This document shows positions 55,389 through 64,000 of a DNA stretch of 64,000 bases, piece after piece. The position numbers and the translations under genes were made by a program. The notes beneath the pieces were generated by a model, which made no database searches, had not been told where the DNA came from, and saw nothing but the letters and a program-made list of their open reading frames with translations. Within the stretch, counting starts at the first letter, position 1; the number at the start of each line of letters is the position of its first letter. Origin of the DNA: a virus; IMG/VR virus record IMGVR_UViG_3300013093_003863, positions 1 to 64,000 of that record; one strand, 5' to 3'.

Positions 55389-56150
55389 TTGTCCAAACGT
55401 AAGAATCGATTAGTAGAAACCGTTCAGTATCAACAACCCAAACAAAAAAGACATATCCAGCCCGACTTACGAGTAGTAACCGAGGAATACGTACAACGAA
55501 GTCGACGTGTAGAATTAAAGCCTAAGAGTTTAAATCAAGAAACTTACATTGATTTATTGACCAATTCTCAGAAACTGATTATATTTGCAACAGGACCTGC
55601 TGGCACAGGCAAAACCATGTTGGCTGTAATGGCCGCCATCAAAGCCTATCAAGAAGGAGACTGTAAAAAGATTGTCGTCACTCGTCCGGCAGTGGGCGTA
55701 GATGATGAACAACATGGATTCTTGCCCGGAACGCTAAATGAAAAAATGGCACCCTGGACAAGACCCATAATGGATGTGTTTGCCGAGTATTACCGACCGG
55801 CTGACATTGCTCGAATGCTAGACGAACAAGTTATTGAGGTTTCTCCCCTAGCGTTCATGCGTGGACGGACATTTAAAAATTCGTGGATCATAGCTGACGA
55901 AATGCAGAATGCCACACCATCTCAGATGAAAATGCTGTTGACACGTTTAGGCGATGCAAGCAAAATGGTAGTAACCGGAGACACACAACAAGCGGACCGT
56001 AAAGAAAACAACAACGGATTAATTGACTTCAAACGTATTGTGGGACAATACGAAAATAGTCGCTATGTCGCAGGTGTTGAATTCGAAGGACGCGATATAC
56101 ACCGTCATCCTGCGGTATTTGAAATACTTAAAATGTACGGGGAGGTATAG
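55389..56150 (+). CDS. phoH: PhoH-family ATPase
   Basis: GPAGTGKT, GFLPG, FMRGRTF, DEMQN, GDTQQAD; TTG start after AGGAGG. Confidence 0.92.
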   Translation: MSKRKNRLVETVQYQQPKQKRHIQPDLRVVTEEYVQRSRRVELKPKSLNQETYIDLLTNSQKLIIFATGPAGTGKTMLAVMAAIKAYQEGDCKKIVVTRPAVGVDDEQHGFLPGTLNEKMAPWTRPIMDVFAEYYRPADIARMLDEQVIEVSPLAFMRGRTFKNSWIIADEMQNATPSQMKMLLTRLGDASKMVVTGDTQQADRKENNNGLIDFKRIVGQYENSRYVAGVEFEGRDIHRHPAVFEILKMYGEV

Positions 56151-56164
56151 CCAATAAATATTAG

Positions 56165-57181
56165 ATGTTCAAATATGGCGATATACGCAAAGTACATCTA
56201 GAGATAAGTAGTCGTTGCAATGCTTCGTGCCCTGAGTGCCTTAGAAACCTCAGGGGCGGAGACATTGAAGATCACGGTGATTATGTAGTACATGACATGA
56301 GTTTGAGCGAGGCTCAAACTATCTTTCCGGTAGACTTTTTACAACAACTTGATATTTTTACAATCAATGGCAACTTTGGTGACTTTATTACCTGCCGTGA
56401 CGGATTGGAAATTGTACAATACATCAGTGACGCCAATCCCCGTATGTCAATTGAGATCAGCACCAACGCCAGTGGCCAACCCAAGATCTGGAGCCAACTT
56501 GGTAAAATCAAAAACCTACAAGTAATATTTAGAATTGATGGATTGGCCGATACACATCACTTGTATAGGCAATATACCGATTTTGATTTGATAATCAGTA
56601 ATGCCAAACGGTTTATTGCTGCGGGCGGAAATGCAGCCTGGTACATGATCGAATTTGACTTCAATCAACATCAACGTGATACTGCACGACAAATGAGCAA
56701 GGACTTGGGATTCAAAGAATTTCGACTTATCAATCACGGAAGAAACAACACTGTGGTGTTTACACGAGACGGTGAATTTAGCCATACCATTGGTACTCCC
56801 GATCCCGATATCAGAGATTATCAAGTATTATTGGACATGCGTGAATTTGTTAAGACTCGTGAAGGAGGTAATCGAGTCTACTACGAATCTCGAATCAGCA
56901 AAAAGAAAATCCGTTGTCAAGTGCAGAATCCGGCCAGCATTTATGTACAAAGCAACGGACAAGTATATCCCTGTTGTTGGGTGGGATTTGCACCCGATAC
57001 TAATAAAATAACTCCGGGAATGGATCAAACTGCTGCCATTGCCAAGAACAACAACGCACTAGATGTTGGAATAGAATCGGCCATGTCTTGGTTCGCCGAG
57101 CTGGAAAAAACTTGGTCTATAGATACTGTGCTGAACGGAAGACACTACAAGTGTAATTCTATTTGCGGGTCAGACGACTGA
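56165..57181 (+). CDS. radical SAM/SPASM protein
   Basis: CNASCPEC; GNFGD; C-terminal YPCC and CNSIC. Confidence 0.85.
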   Translation: MFKYGDIRKVHLEISSRCNASCPECLRNLRGGDIEDHGDYVVHDMSLSEAQTIFPVDFLQQLDIFTINGNFGDFITCRDGLEIVQYISDANPRMSIEISTNASGQPKIWSQLGKIKNLQVIFRIDGLADTHHLYRQYTDFDLIISNAKRFIAAGGNAAWYMIEFDFNQHQRDTARQMSKDLGFKEFRLINHGRNNTVVFTRDGEFSHTIGTPDPDIRDYQVLLDMREFVKTREGGNRVYYESRISKKKIRCQVQNPASIYVQSNGQVYPCCWVGFAPDTNKITPGMDQTAAIAKNNNALDVGIESAMSWFAELEKTWSIDTVLNGRHYKCNSICGSDD

Positions 57182-57401
57182 CTGCATTGTGTAGTTCGGA
57201 TAGATATGCTGTTTGATTTCTAAATTTATTTTCAAGTTCGGCAAGTCGATGTTTTAGCATGGCAATTTCGTTATCGCGTTGATCATTGGACGATTTGACA
57301 TCTTTAAGAACTTTTTCGTGACTGAGCAAGTTGGGACGAGGCGGTGCATTGGGGTCCACTGCACGTTTCTTTTTGACTTTGTACATGTCTAACATACTCA
57401 T
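57159..57401 (-). CDS. small coiled-coil protein
   Basis: PNAPPRPNLLSHE followed by heptad repeats. Confidence 0.65.
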   Translation of the reverse strand: MSMLDMYKVKKKRAVDPNAPPRPNLLSHEKVLKDVKSSNDQRDNEIAMLKHRLAELENKFRNQTAYLSELHNAVSRLTRK

Positions 57402-57403
57402 AT

Positions 57404-58561
57404 TTATTTCCAATAGGGTTCAAACTCGGGAACTATATCCAAGACATTTTCTTTGCGTACACGATCAAGTTCATTGGTTCGGTTCATTACCACGTTCCAT
57501 TCGGTCAACGGAATTTGATTCATGTAATTGATTATGCCCTGTGCTCTGGGATAGTTCTTGAGTCGTTGTTGTGCAAGATCTTTAAGTTCTGGAGGCAAAT
57601 TTGTAATGTTTTGCTCCACCGGGTAATTGGCAATACTTAAATCGTATTTGTCAAATCCATTGGAGTCAATGAAATCCAAGACTTGATGCAATGATAATAT
57701 ATTGTAAATGGTCACAACAATATTGAATCTAATATTGACCTTGAACTTTTTTATCAAATCGAGATTGGCCACGAACCGACTCCAATTGCTGCCACTGCGA
57801 ATATATTCAAATACCGATCCTAGGCCGTCCATGCTCACTATGAACAATACGTTGGTAAAATAGGTCAAATAGTCTTCGATATTGTAGGTTCCCAGGGTCA
57901 AACGTGTTAAATTTGTCACGTATGTGAGTCTAATATCTCGCATGCCCAACTGCCGCAGATGTTCTAACATAGCCCAATGTTCTTGCTGAAAGAACACTTC
58001 GCCACCGGCAAAGTAAACTTCTCGTAATTCACCAAGATCACCGTACTTGGCAATAATGTCTTCCCACACTGTGGTATCGTGTGCTTGTATTATGTAACTG
58101 CCATTTACAGTGGCGTTTAATTCTTGGGCCCAGGTATGACTGTATCCGGGCCCGCACATGCGGCATTTCAAATTACATACATTGCTGAATCTAGCGTCCC
58201 AATACTGCATTTGAAAATTGTGCAAGGTACCATCGGGTTCGGTTTTGGCCAGTAACCAATCTAGATTACTTTCGGGTATGTTGATATTTTTGCTGGTTCT
58301 AAAACTTTCAAGACCGTGGCGTTCTTGTCTATAACAATTGGCACAGGCTTCGTGTTCGTGTCCCTGCATCATGGCCCGACGCACCGACTTCATTTCGGGA
58401 ACATTTACTATGTCTTGAGCAGTAGCAAAATCTCGTATGTTTCCAAACTCGACTGCTTGTTTATCGGCACTGCAACAAGGACCAAACTTGCCGTTGGGCT
58501 CGTGAAAGAAATGAACCCATGGCAAGATGCAAAAAGTCTTACTCGGCAACAACTGAGTCAA
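57404..58561 (-). CDS. twitch-domain radical SAM protein
   Basis: CILPW..PCC..CANC; CNLKCRMC; FAGGE; YIRSGSNW. Confidence 0.87.
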   Translation of the reverse strand: MTQLLPSKTFCILPWVHFFHEPNGKFGPCCSADKQAVEFGNIRDFATAQDIVNVPEMKSVRRAMMQGHEHEACANCYRQERHGLESFRTSKNINIPESNLDWLLAKTEPDGTLHNFQMQYWDARFSNVCNLKCRMCGPGYSHTWAQELNATVNGSYIIQAHDTTVWEDIIAKYGDLGELREVYFAGGEVFFQQEHWAMLEHLRQLGMRDIRLTYVTNLTRLTLGTYNIEDYLTYFTNVLFIVSMDGLGSVFEYIRSGSNWSRFVANLDLIKKFKVNIRFNIVVTIYNILSLHQVLDFIDSNGFDKYDLSIANYPVEQNITNLPPELKDLAQQRLKNYPRAQGIINYMNQIPLTEWNVVMNRTNELDRVRKENVLDIVPEFEPYWK

Positions 58562-58925
58562 CTGTGGCTGCCTCTGCGTCTACTGCAGGTTCTTCTTTGG
58601 GAATAAACTGCTCAAGGTAAGCAAGATCCAATTGTGCCATTACATTGATAACATATTTGGGATAGGCTTCCAAAAAGTATTTGAATAGCTTGTCAAAGTC
58701 GCCATCATAAGCATTGAAACGATTTTTAACAATGGTCTTCTTGCTTAAATTTAGTACTACACCGGCGTAACTGTGGTCATTGGGCTTTAGGCCTTTAGTA
58801 AACTCAATGCGTTCGTCGTATTGATGATTGTTGGGATCGCTCATGTATCCTCTAACATGTGTCATTTTGGGATCTTTGGGCTTGATCACGTAAAACGCCA
58901 AGAGGTGTAAATCTTTAATTTTCAT
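58539..58925 (-). CDS. hypothetical phage protein
   Basis: 128-aa ORF coupled to clamp loader. Confidence 0.7.
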   Translation of the reverse strand: MKIKDLHLLAFYVIKPKDPKMTHVRGYMSDPNNHQYDERIEFTKGLKPNDHSYAGVVLNLSKKTIVKNRFNAYDGDFDKLFKYFLEAYPKYVINVMAQLDLAYLEQFIPKEEPAVDAEAATVDSVVAE

Positions 58926-59851
58926 TCGTGTCCTATCTTTGATAATTCGGTTATGATTGCTGATACATTGATTTCTGCGTCGGACACCAGTGTATGATTG
59001 GCATATCCACGGCTTATAATTATAATTGCTTCGTCCTGTCCTTCGGGCGTTGAACTCCAGATATCCAAGTTATCGTACATCCAACGAAAGAAACTTTCCA
59101 TGTCTTCGTTGGCAATTTGACTGCAAATTAATCCACGTGCTTCGCGAAATTTTCCAGCCTTGAACAATGCCACACTGTCCAGTTTCCAATCTTTGACACT
59201 GGAATCGGTTTGTCCGGGATTGATCAAAGTACCAGTAGTGGTACTTCGTTGCAACAGGTTCAAACACTTGCGTAAATCGGGATAGGTTGCTTTGACATAG
59301 CTGTCTAAAACATCTAGATCAAATTCAATACCTTCGGTTACCAACACAGTGGCTGCTCGTGCAGTGAATTCGGTAGCATCGGTTTTGTCAATGTGGAATC
59401 CTTGACATCTACTGTGTATGGGCGGAAGTATTTTGTTGGGATAGTTACAGGTCAAGATAAAACGTACATTTTGACTGTAGTCTTCCATCAAGTTACGCAG
59501 TGCCGGTTGTACACTATTGGGATTCATATAGTCGGCTTCGTCAATGAGCACAACTTTGAACTTGCCAAACGGCATGGTTTGGCAAAAATTAATTAGCTTG
59601 TCGACCCACTCGACTTTACGTGCTTCTTTACTGCCGTTTGCATACATTACATCGTATTCTTCGATACCCAGCTCGTTGATCAATATCTTGGCCAGTGTTG
59701 TTTTACCGGTACCGGGACTGCCGCTCAATAACAAATGCGGGATAATGCCATCCTTGATCCAGCTTTCGACTGTTTGTCGTTGTTCGGGATCGGTAAAAAC
59801 ATAATTTTCTACTGTGTTGGGTCGGTACTTTTCGGTCCAAAGTTCTTTCAT
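58922..59851 (-). CDS. clamp loader ATPase (T4 gp44/RFC small subunit-like)
   Basis: WTEKYRP, GSPGTGKT, IDEAD, SRC, DLRK. Confidence 0.93.
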   Translation of the reverse strand: MKELWTEKYRPNTVENYVFTDPEQRQTVESWIKDGIIPHLLLSGSPGTGKTTLAKILINELGIEEYDVMYANGSKEARKVEWVDKLINFCQTMPFGKFKVVLIDEADYMNPNSVQPALRNLMEDYSQNVRFILTCNYPNKILPPIHSRCQGFHIDKTDATEFTARAATVLVTEGIEFDLDVLDSYVKATYPDLRKCLNLLQRSTTTGTLINPGQTDSSVKDWKLDSVALFKAGKFREARGLICSQIANEDMESFFRWMYDNLDIWSSTPEGQDEAIIIISRGYANHTLVSDAEINVSAIITELSKIGHE

Positions 59852-60039
59852 TTAATATTCCAATCTTGTTTTGCTTGTTGCCATACTTGACGCGGATGCG
59901 TTATGCACCATACAGGAATTATAACGCAGGCTGCAAGTAATAGCAACCAAGTTGGTGTAGTTGCAGGGTGATGTGGACAACGCCCTTGACGATAGTCGCA
60001 CCCGGGACTATACTCGTGTCTACAAGTGGTACATTTCAT
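59848..60039 (-). CDS. small Cys-rich membrane protein
   Basis: CTTC..C..CP plus hydrophobic segment; ATGA couplings on both sides. Confidence 0.55.
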   Translation of the reverse strand: MKCTTCRHEYSPGCDYRQGRCPHHPATTPTWLLLLAACVIIPVWCITHPRQVWQQAKQDWNIK

Positions 60040-60272
60040 TGTTTAAGTATCCTCATAATGCGATCTTGCTCTTGTTCTTTGAGCCATTCTTCCTCGCCGG
60101 CATAAGTGCTACAAGCCGCCAAACTTTCATCTACAAGCCATTTGAGCCGGTACAACTCTTGTTTGGTGTTCCAAGTAACAAATCCATCATTGCGAGGATT
60201 GACGCATTCGGCACGCATCATCCAAATGCCATGTCGTATGGCATTGGCATCCCAGTCACGTCGGTATCCCAT
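60036..60272 (-). CDS. hypothetical phage protein
   Basis: 78-aa ORF, NDGFVTW..KQELY. Confidence 0.7.
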   Translation of the reverse strand: MGYRRDWDANAIRHGIWMMRAECVNPRNDGFVTWNTKQELYRLKWLVDESLAACSTYAGEEEWLKEQEQDRIMRILKQ

Positions 60273-60273
60273 T

Positions 60274-60648
60274 TTACCAACGTGTTTTAGAATCGACTAA
60301 TTTGCCGGTGTTGTGTGTGTCATCTCCGGTGGGTTCGGTATCGGATACCAACAAGATATCGTTGGGGTCAATTCTACGAATTGTTCGTTCGCCGTCGTGA
60401 TCCTCAATACCAACTCCACGTGTCCAACGACCGTGGGCAACCATGACCCATTGTCCCACTCTAATATCTTCTTGCTCGGGTCCAATGGCATATACCTGTG
60501 CCCATCTTGGACGAACTCCAGCGGTTCTACCGTCGTCGCCGAGTAAGTACAATCCACTACTGGTTTTCCTCTCTTTGAAGTTCATATCGGTCACCAGCAC
60601 ATGATCTTTGATGGTGCGTATTTCTTTGATTTTAATTGGTTTTAACAT
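60274..60648 (-). CDS. groES: GroES-like co-chaperonin
   Basis: IKDHVLV..ERKTSSGLYL..VYAIGP..IRVGQWV..DILLV; start reassigned. Confidence 0.8.
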   Translation of the reverse strand: MLKPIKIKEIRTIKDHVLVTDMNFKERKTSSGLYLLGDDGRTAGVRPRWAQVYAIGPEQEDIRVGQWVMVAHGRWTRGVGIEDHDGERTIRRIDPNDILLVSDTEPTGDDTHNTGKLVDSKTRW

Positions 60649-60649
60649 A

Positions 60650-61087
60650 TCAAATTCTAGTAGGTCCTTGTGATTTTTTTTGCTCTTTAGCGGTGGGTAT
60701 AGGTTGTTGTACCACTGATGCTGTTTTGGCCGCTGCTGCTGCCAAACTGCCACGTGCCGGTGGCTCAGATGGTGTTGTTGGCTCCAATGGGCCACTGTTG
60801 GTAAGATTGTTTACCATGTTATGTAATTCTTGTGCTTGGCTTTTTTCAATTAATTTTTGTTGTGCCATGACCACTGCCGGGTCATTGGGACTGTACGGAG
60901 CATCGGCAACTGCATAGGCCTGATCCATGATTTGATTTCGCCCCATGGCCACTTCACCGTTGTTGCCCAATAAATCACCACGTGCATTGACACGCATGTT
61001 GCCAACGGCTGTGACATTTTCGTTGGTTAATTTGACTCGATCAATATCAACCATTTTGCCACGTGCGGTTTTGTATATTTTTGACAT
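60650..61087 (-). CDS. hypothetical phage protein
   Basis: YKTARGKMVD..AVGNMRVNARGD; AAGGA SD. Confidence 0.75.
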   Translation of the reverse strand: MSKIYKTARGKMVDIDRVKLTNENVTAVGNMRVNARGDLLGNNGEVAMGRNQIMDQAYAVADAPYSPNDPAVVMAQQKLIEKSQAQELHNMVNNLTNSGPLEPTTPSEPPARGSLAAAAAKTASVVQQPIPTAKEQKKSQGPTRI

Positions 61088-61096
61088 CGTTATTCC

Positions 61097-61615
61097 TTAT
61101 TTTAAAAATTCTCGTATATCAAGATCATAATACATACTATTGATCTTGTGTACGCCCAGCAAGTATAACACATAACTGGCTACACTACTACCACGACCCA
61201 ATCCCCATAATACTGAATTAGCTCGCATGGTGTCTACAAAGTATTTAAGATATTGTAGCAAGGAGAATAGGTTTCTTTCCTGATACAACAATAGCTCTTG
61301 TCCCACACGTTGTAGTTCGGCATCGGTTTGGCACAAATTTAATACATGTTGTGCAATATCCAAATCTTGATATTCTTCGGGCATGTACCATGTTTGTTGT
61401 TGTCCCCAGTGAAACAGTTCCAAGGAAACGTCCTCTTGGGGAACTGTATATTGTCGCAGTTGCGGAAATCCGCTAAAGGTCTGCATCACTGCTGTGTTAT
61501 AAGGCAAACTGTCCACGACTCGAAACTTTGACAAGTCCAAGTCAGGATCGAGATAAAGCAAGTCGCAAAGTTCTCGAGTATCGGTATAGGCCTGTCCGTA
61601 GGGATCGTAATTCAT
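61097..61615 (-). CDS. DNA polymerase III alpha (DnaE)-like fragment
   Basis: RVGQEL..WGLGRGSSVASYVLYLLGVHKIN..YDL; ends before the catalytic PDxD region. Confidence 0.75.
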   Translation of the reverse strand: MNYDPYGQAYTDTRELCDLLYLDPDLDLSKFRVVDSLPYNTAVMQTFSGFPQLRQYTVPQEDVSLELFHWGQQQTWYMPEEYQDLDIAQHVLNLCQTDAELQRVGQELLLYQERNLFSLLQYLKYFVDTMRANSVLWGLGRGSSVASYVLYLLGVHKINSMYYDLDIREFLK

Positions 61616-61851
61616 TTAATATCAATTAGCTTGTCGAAGTTGGGATTCTTTTTGGCCATTTCTTCCATTTGTTTTCGAGTGCGTTCGTTTAATTCAAATT
61701 GGTAGTCGTCCAACATCATGTGTATTTGTTGTACTATGTCTCCTCGACCCCAGCGATAAGCCATACTCAGTCTAGAGTTGAGCTCGCTTATTTTCTTTGA
61801 CAGCTCTTCTTGAGATAAAGAACTTAATACAGGTGTGAGTGGATGTCCCAT
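61612..61851 (-). CDS. hypothetical helical protein
   Basis: 79-aa ORF coupled to the DnaE-like gene. Confidence 0.7.
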   Translation of the reverse strand: MGHPLTPVLSSLSQEELSKKISELNSRLSMAYRWGRGDIVQQIHMMLDDYQFELNERTRKQMEEMAKKNPNFDKLIDIK

Positions 61852-61857
61852 ACTCGT

Positions 61858-61886
61858 AGTATATGTGAATGTTGTTTAAAAATCAA
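61858..61886 (-). promoter_or_regulatory. sigma70-type promoter, probably leaderless
   Basis: TTGATT-17nt-TATACT, then 6 nt to ATG. Confidence 0.65.
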
Positions 61887-61895
61887 GTCTTTTGG

Positions 61896-63344
61896 TTAAC
61901 TTAGATACCAAGTGTTCGCAGCCGAAATATAGGTCAATTGAGCTGTTACATTACCGGCACTGAACTTGTTGCTTGGAACCCATTTGACTGTGGATGTCGA
62001 GTATACATTTGCCGAAACAATGGGAGCTACCGATACAATTTTGAATCGTTGTCGATCAACCGGACTAGGCGGCAATATAATATTACCGCTAGAAATTGAC
62101 GCCGACCCAGTGCTGTCGATGATCACGGTGCTTACTGCATTATTGGCAGTGAACACACTACCACCACTGGTTACAAAATTTGTAATATAAGTACCGCCTT
62201 CTACTATGCCCGATTTGGTATAGAAGTTGCCGTACACATGAACGCTCTGGTCGTTTTCAATGCCCATGCCCTGTAGTACAACATTACCGCTATTGCCGCC
62301 ATCGTCGGCAGTAAAGAATGCAATATTACCACCTAGACCGTATGTGACATTGGATCCGGTCGCATAATGCACAATGGTTGACAATTGCTGGAACACATTG
62401 CCAGTACCACCGGTGCCGGTATAGGCAACAGCATTGCGATATCCAAGATAATCACCGCTTTGTACCGGAGTAATTGTGGCAGTACTCAAATTACCGCGTG
62501 CAGCAGTAAGAGTATAACCGCCAATTTTGGTTGTATCAAGTTGTGCATTTGTGGTGCTGGCCAAACTCAAATTACCAAGTGCCACTGAATTATACGATCC
62601 CAGGGCACTGACAATGTTTTGTCCTTGATCGCCGGCCAGTGCCACTCCCAATGCTGTTTGGCCGCCATTGTTTTGACCATAGCCCAAGAACAATGTGGGA
62701 GCTGCAGTGATTGCAGGATTGAAATAGATCTGTGGGTCACGCAAACTGTTGCGATTGCGAGTAACATCAAATATCAAATAGTGTGATCCGCCGTCGATTG
62801 AACTAAAATCAAATACATAATTGCCGATTGCATCAAAAGTAATAGTACTTGTGCCGGCATTGAATCCAGCAATATCGCCGTCGGCAATGCTCACACTAGA
62901 GGGAAGTGTTACAGTATATGCGGTATTGGTCACATTGATCCAAACTCGCATCAAGCCATAGCCCAATGCACCCGATCCAGTACTAGCTGGCCAGTTAATA
63001 AAACTCAAGCTGATTGAGGCATTTGTGGTTAACTTTTGAAAGTTGGCTTTTGAAAAATCCAGCTGAACTGCACCGCTTGCTGTACCCAAATCCAATAAAC
63101 TCTGTGTCCAAGATGCCAATTGCGGAGCAATAATCTGTGCCCCGGCCATGTTGTTGTTTAAGGTTTGTCCATTTAAGGCACTGGTTGTAATGACTTTTGA
63201 CTGTAGATCAGAAATTTCGTTTTCGGCATAGATAAAGTTATTCTTGATATTGGTAAAATTATCTCTGAATCCTTGGCTGGAATTATCTTGCCCAGCAATC
63301 GGGAAAGTGCCGTCTACGTTGTATGGATTGATGTTGCTTGACAT
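61896..63344 (-). CDS. virion structural protein (tail fibre/baseplate-associated)
   Basis: G/S/T/N-rich beta protein with PIAGQDNSSQGFRDNF N-terminus; TATAAATA at 63374-63381. Confidence 0.7.
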   Translation of the reverse strand: MSSNINPYNVDGTFPIAGQDNSSQGFRDNFTNIKNNFIYAENEISDLQSKVITTSALNGQTLNNNMAGAQIIAPQLASWTQSLLDLGTASGAVQLDFSKANFQKLTTNASISLSFINWPASTGSGALGYGLMRVWINVTNTAYTVTLPSSVSIADGDIAGFNAGTSTITFDAIGNYVFDFSSIDGGSHYLIFDVTRNRNSLRDPQIYFNPAITAAPTLFLGYGQNNGGQTALGVALAGDQGQNIVSALGSYNSVALGNLSLASTTNAQLDTTKIGGYTLTAARGNLSTATITPVQSGDYLGYRNAVAYTGTGGTGNVFQQLSTIVHYATGSNVTYGLGGNIAFFTADDGGNSGNVVLQGMGIENDQSVHVYGNFYTKSGIVEGGTYITNFVTSGGSVFTANNAVSTVIIDSTGSASISSGNIILPPSPVDRQRFKIVSVAPIVSANVYSTSTVKWVPSNKFSAGNVTAQLTYISAANTWYLS

Positions 63345-63395
63345 GTAATCTGCGTCCTAAATATGATATCAAGTATTTATACTCAAAGAGTCATA

Positions 63396-63692
63396 TTAAA
63401 AACTATTGCTGACTGCGGCTCGTACCCAAGTGTTTGTGGCAATACATAGATAGATGTAACTAGAATTATAGGCTATTTGTCCGGTGATTCCGGGTGCACT
63501 AGAACTGACCGGCACTGTGGTTGACGATATATAGGCCGAACTATTGGCCTGCAATGCCGAAATCTCAGTGGCAGCAACAGTAAAGTTTTCTTGTATGACA
63601 GTAAAATTGGTTCTAAAACCCTGTGTATCATTGTCTTGCCCGGCAATGGGGTAAGTGATATCTATATTGGTTGCATTGATGTTTGATGCCAT
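63396..63692 (-). CDS. short virion protein sharing the N-terminal domain of 61896-63344
   Basis: PIAGQDNDTQGFRTNF; C-terminal GQIAYNSSYIYLCIATNTWVR fibre module. Confidence 0.72.
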   Translation of the reverse strand: MASNINATNIDITYPIAGQDNDTQGFRTNFTVIQENFTVAATEISALQANSSAYISSTTVPVSSSAPGITGQIAYNSSYIYLCIATNTWVRAAVSNSF

Positions 63693-63716
63693 TTGATCTT
63701 TACTCCTACAGTATAT

Positions 63717-64000
63717 TTATGGAAAAGCACCGTACTGCGGGAACTTTAAATATTGATCTTGTGATCCTGGGACGTAATATTGATCTCGGTCCGAGAAGAA
63801 TCTAGTGGTCCCGCCATTGAATGTTGTTTGTGTGCTATTGGCCAATTGTGTGCTATTGGTTTTATACGGCACATAATAGGGAACTGTGTGTCCCAGCGTA
63901 GTATCTAGTGTGTAAATCAAAATACTTCCGTTGTAGGTTTGGCCCATGGCCACTTGTATTTTGCTGTTTAACACAACGGGTTTGACAAATATCAAATTTA
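63717..64000 (-). CDS. C-terminus of a large structural (probably baseplate) protein, partial
   Basis: frame open to window end; TTFNGGTTRF..DQYLKFP. Confidence 0.6.
   Translation of the reverse strand, partial: NLIFVKPVVLNSKIQVAMGQTYNGSILIYTLDTTLGHTVPYYVPYKTNSTQLANSTQTTFNGGTTRFFSDRDQYYVPGSQDQYLKFPQYGAFP

Noticed and set aside
1155-62770. Numerous 60-200 aa ORFs antisense to or nested in longer genes (e.g. 18912-19463, 23244-23840, 48965-49447)
   Set aside because: Shadow ORFs of real genes with no motifs or initiation signals.
63825-63860. Short tandem repeat tgtgctattgg
   Set aside because: Two copies encoding NSTQ within a structural gene; ordinary coding micro-duplication.
1-64000. Alternative genetic code (stop codon reassignment), as in some large phages
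   Set aside because: Core genes are full length in code 11, and TAA, TAG and TGA all end genes at sensible positions.
1-64000. CRISPR array, tRNA or rRNA genes
   Set aside because: No regularly spaced repeats or cloverleaf with T-loop consensus seen in the few intergenic gaps (by eye only).

Overview
This is a 64-kb segment of a large T4-like/jumbo myovirus genome. It uses the standard genetic code and is about 95% minus-strand. The host is probably Gram-negative, and the two Bug/TctC genes hint at a betaproteobacterium. Contents, left to right: (1) RNase H. (2) A 7-deazaguanine cluster (queE, queD, folE, a second QueD-like gene, a TGT/DpdA-like transglycosylase, no queC in the window), interleaved with a glycosyltransferase, galE, a mini DegT aminotransferase, two MazG-like genes, morons and a free-standing endonuclease. 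(3) Sliding clamp and family B DNA polymerase. (4) An acyl carrier protein flanked by two structured RNA-like elements that share sequence motifs. (5) An 11-kb block of late, probably capsid-packaged polyproteins whose modules are separated by prohead-protease-like [LIV]xE sites and a recurrent QGVAEG linker. (6) ClpA and DnaJ. (7) A lysis cassette. (8) A small-molecule tailoring cluster with two orphan Bug receptors and a structured leader RNA. (9) PhoH, radical SAM enzymes, clamp loader, GroES, a DnaE fragment and tail/baseplate genes. Sigma70-type and TAAATA late promoters are visible, and many sit 4-7 nt from the start codon, implying leaderless mRNAs. All calls come from motif recognition by eye; no searches or folding programs were run.
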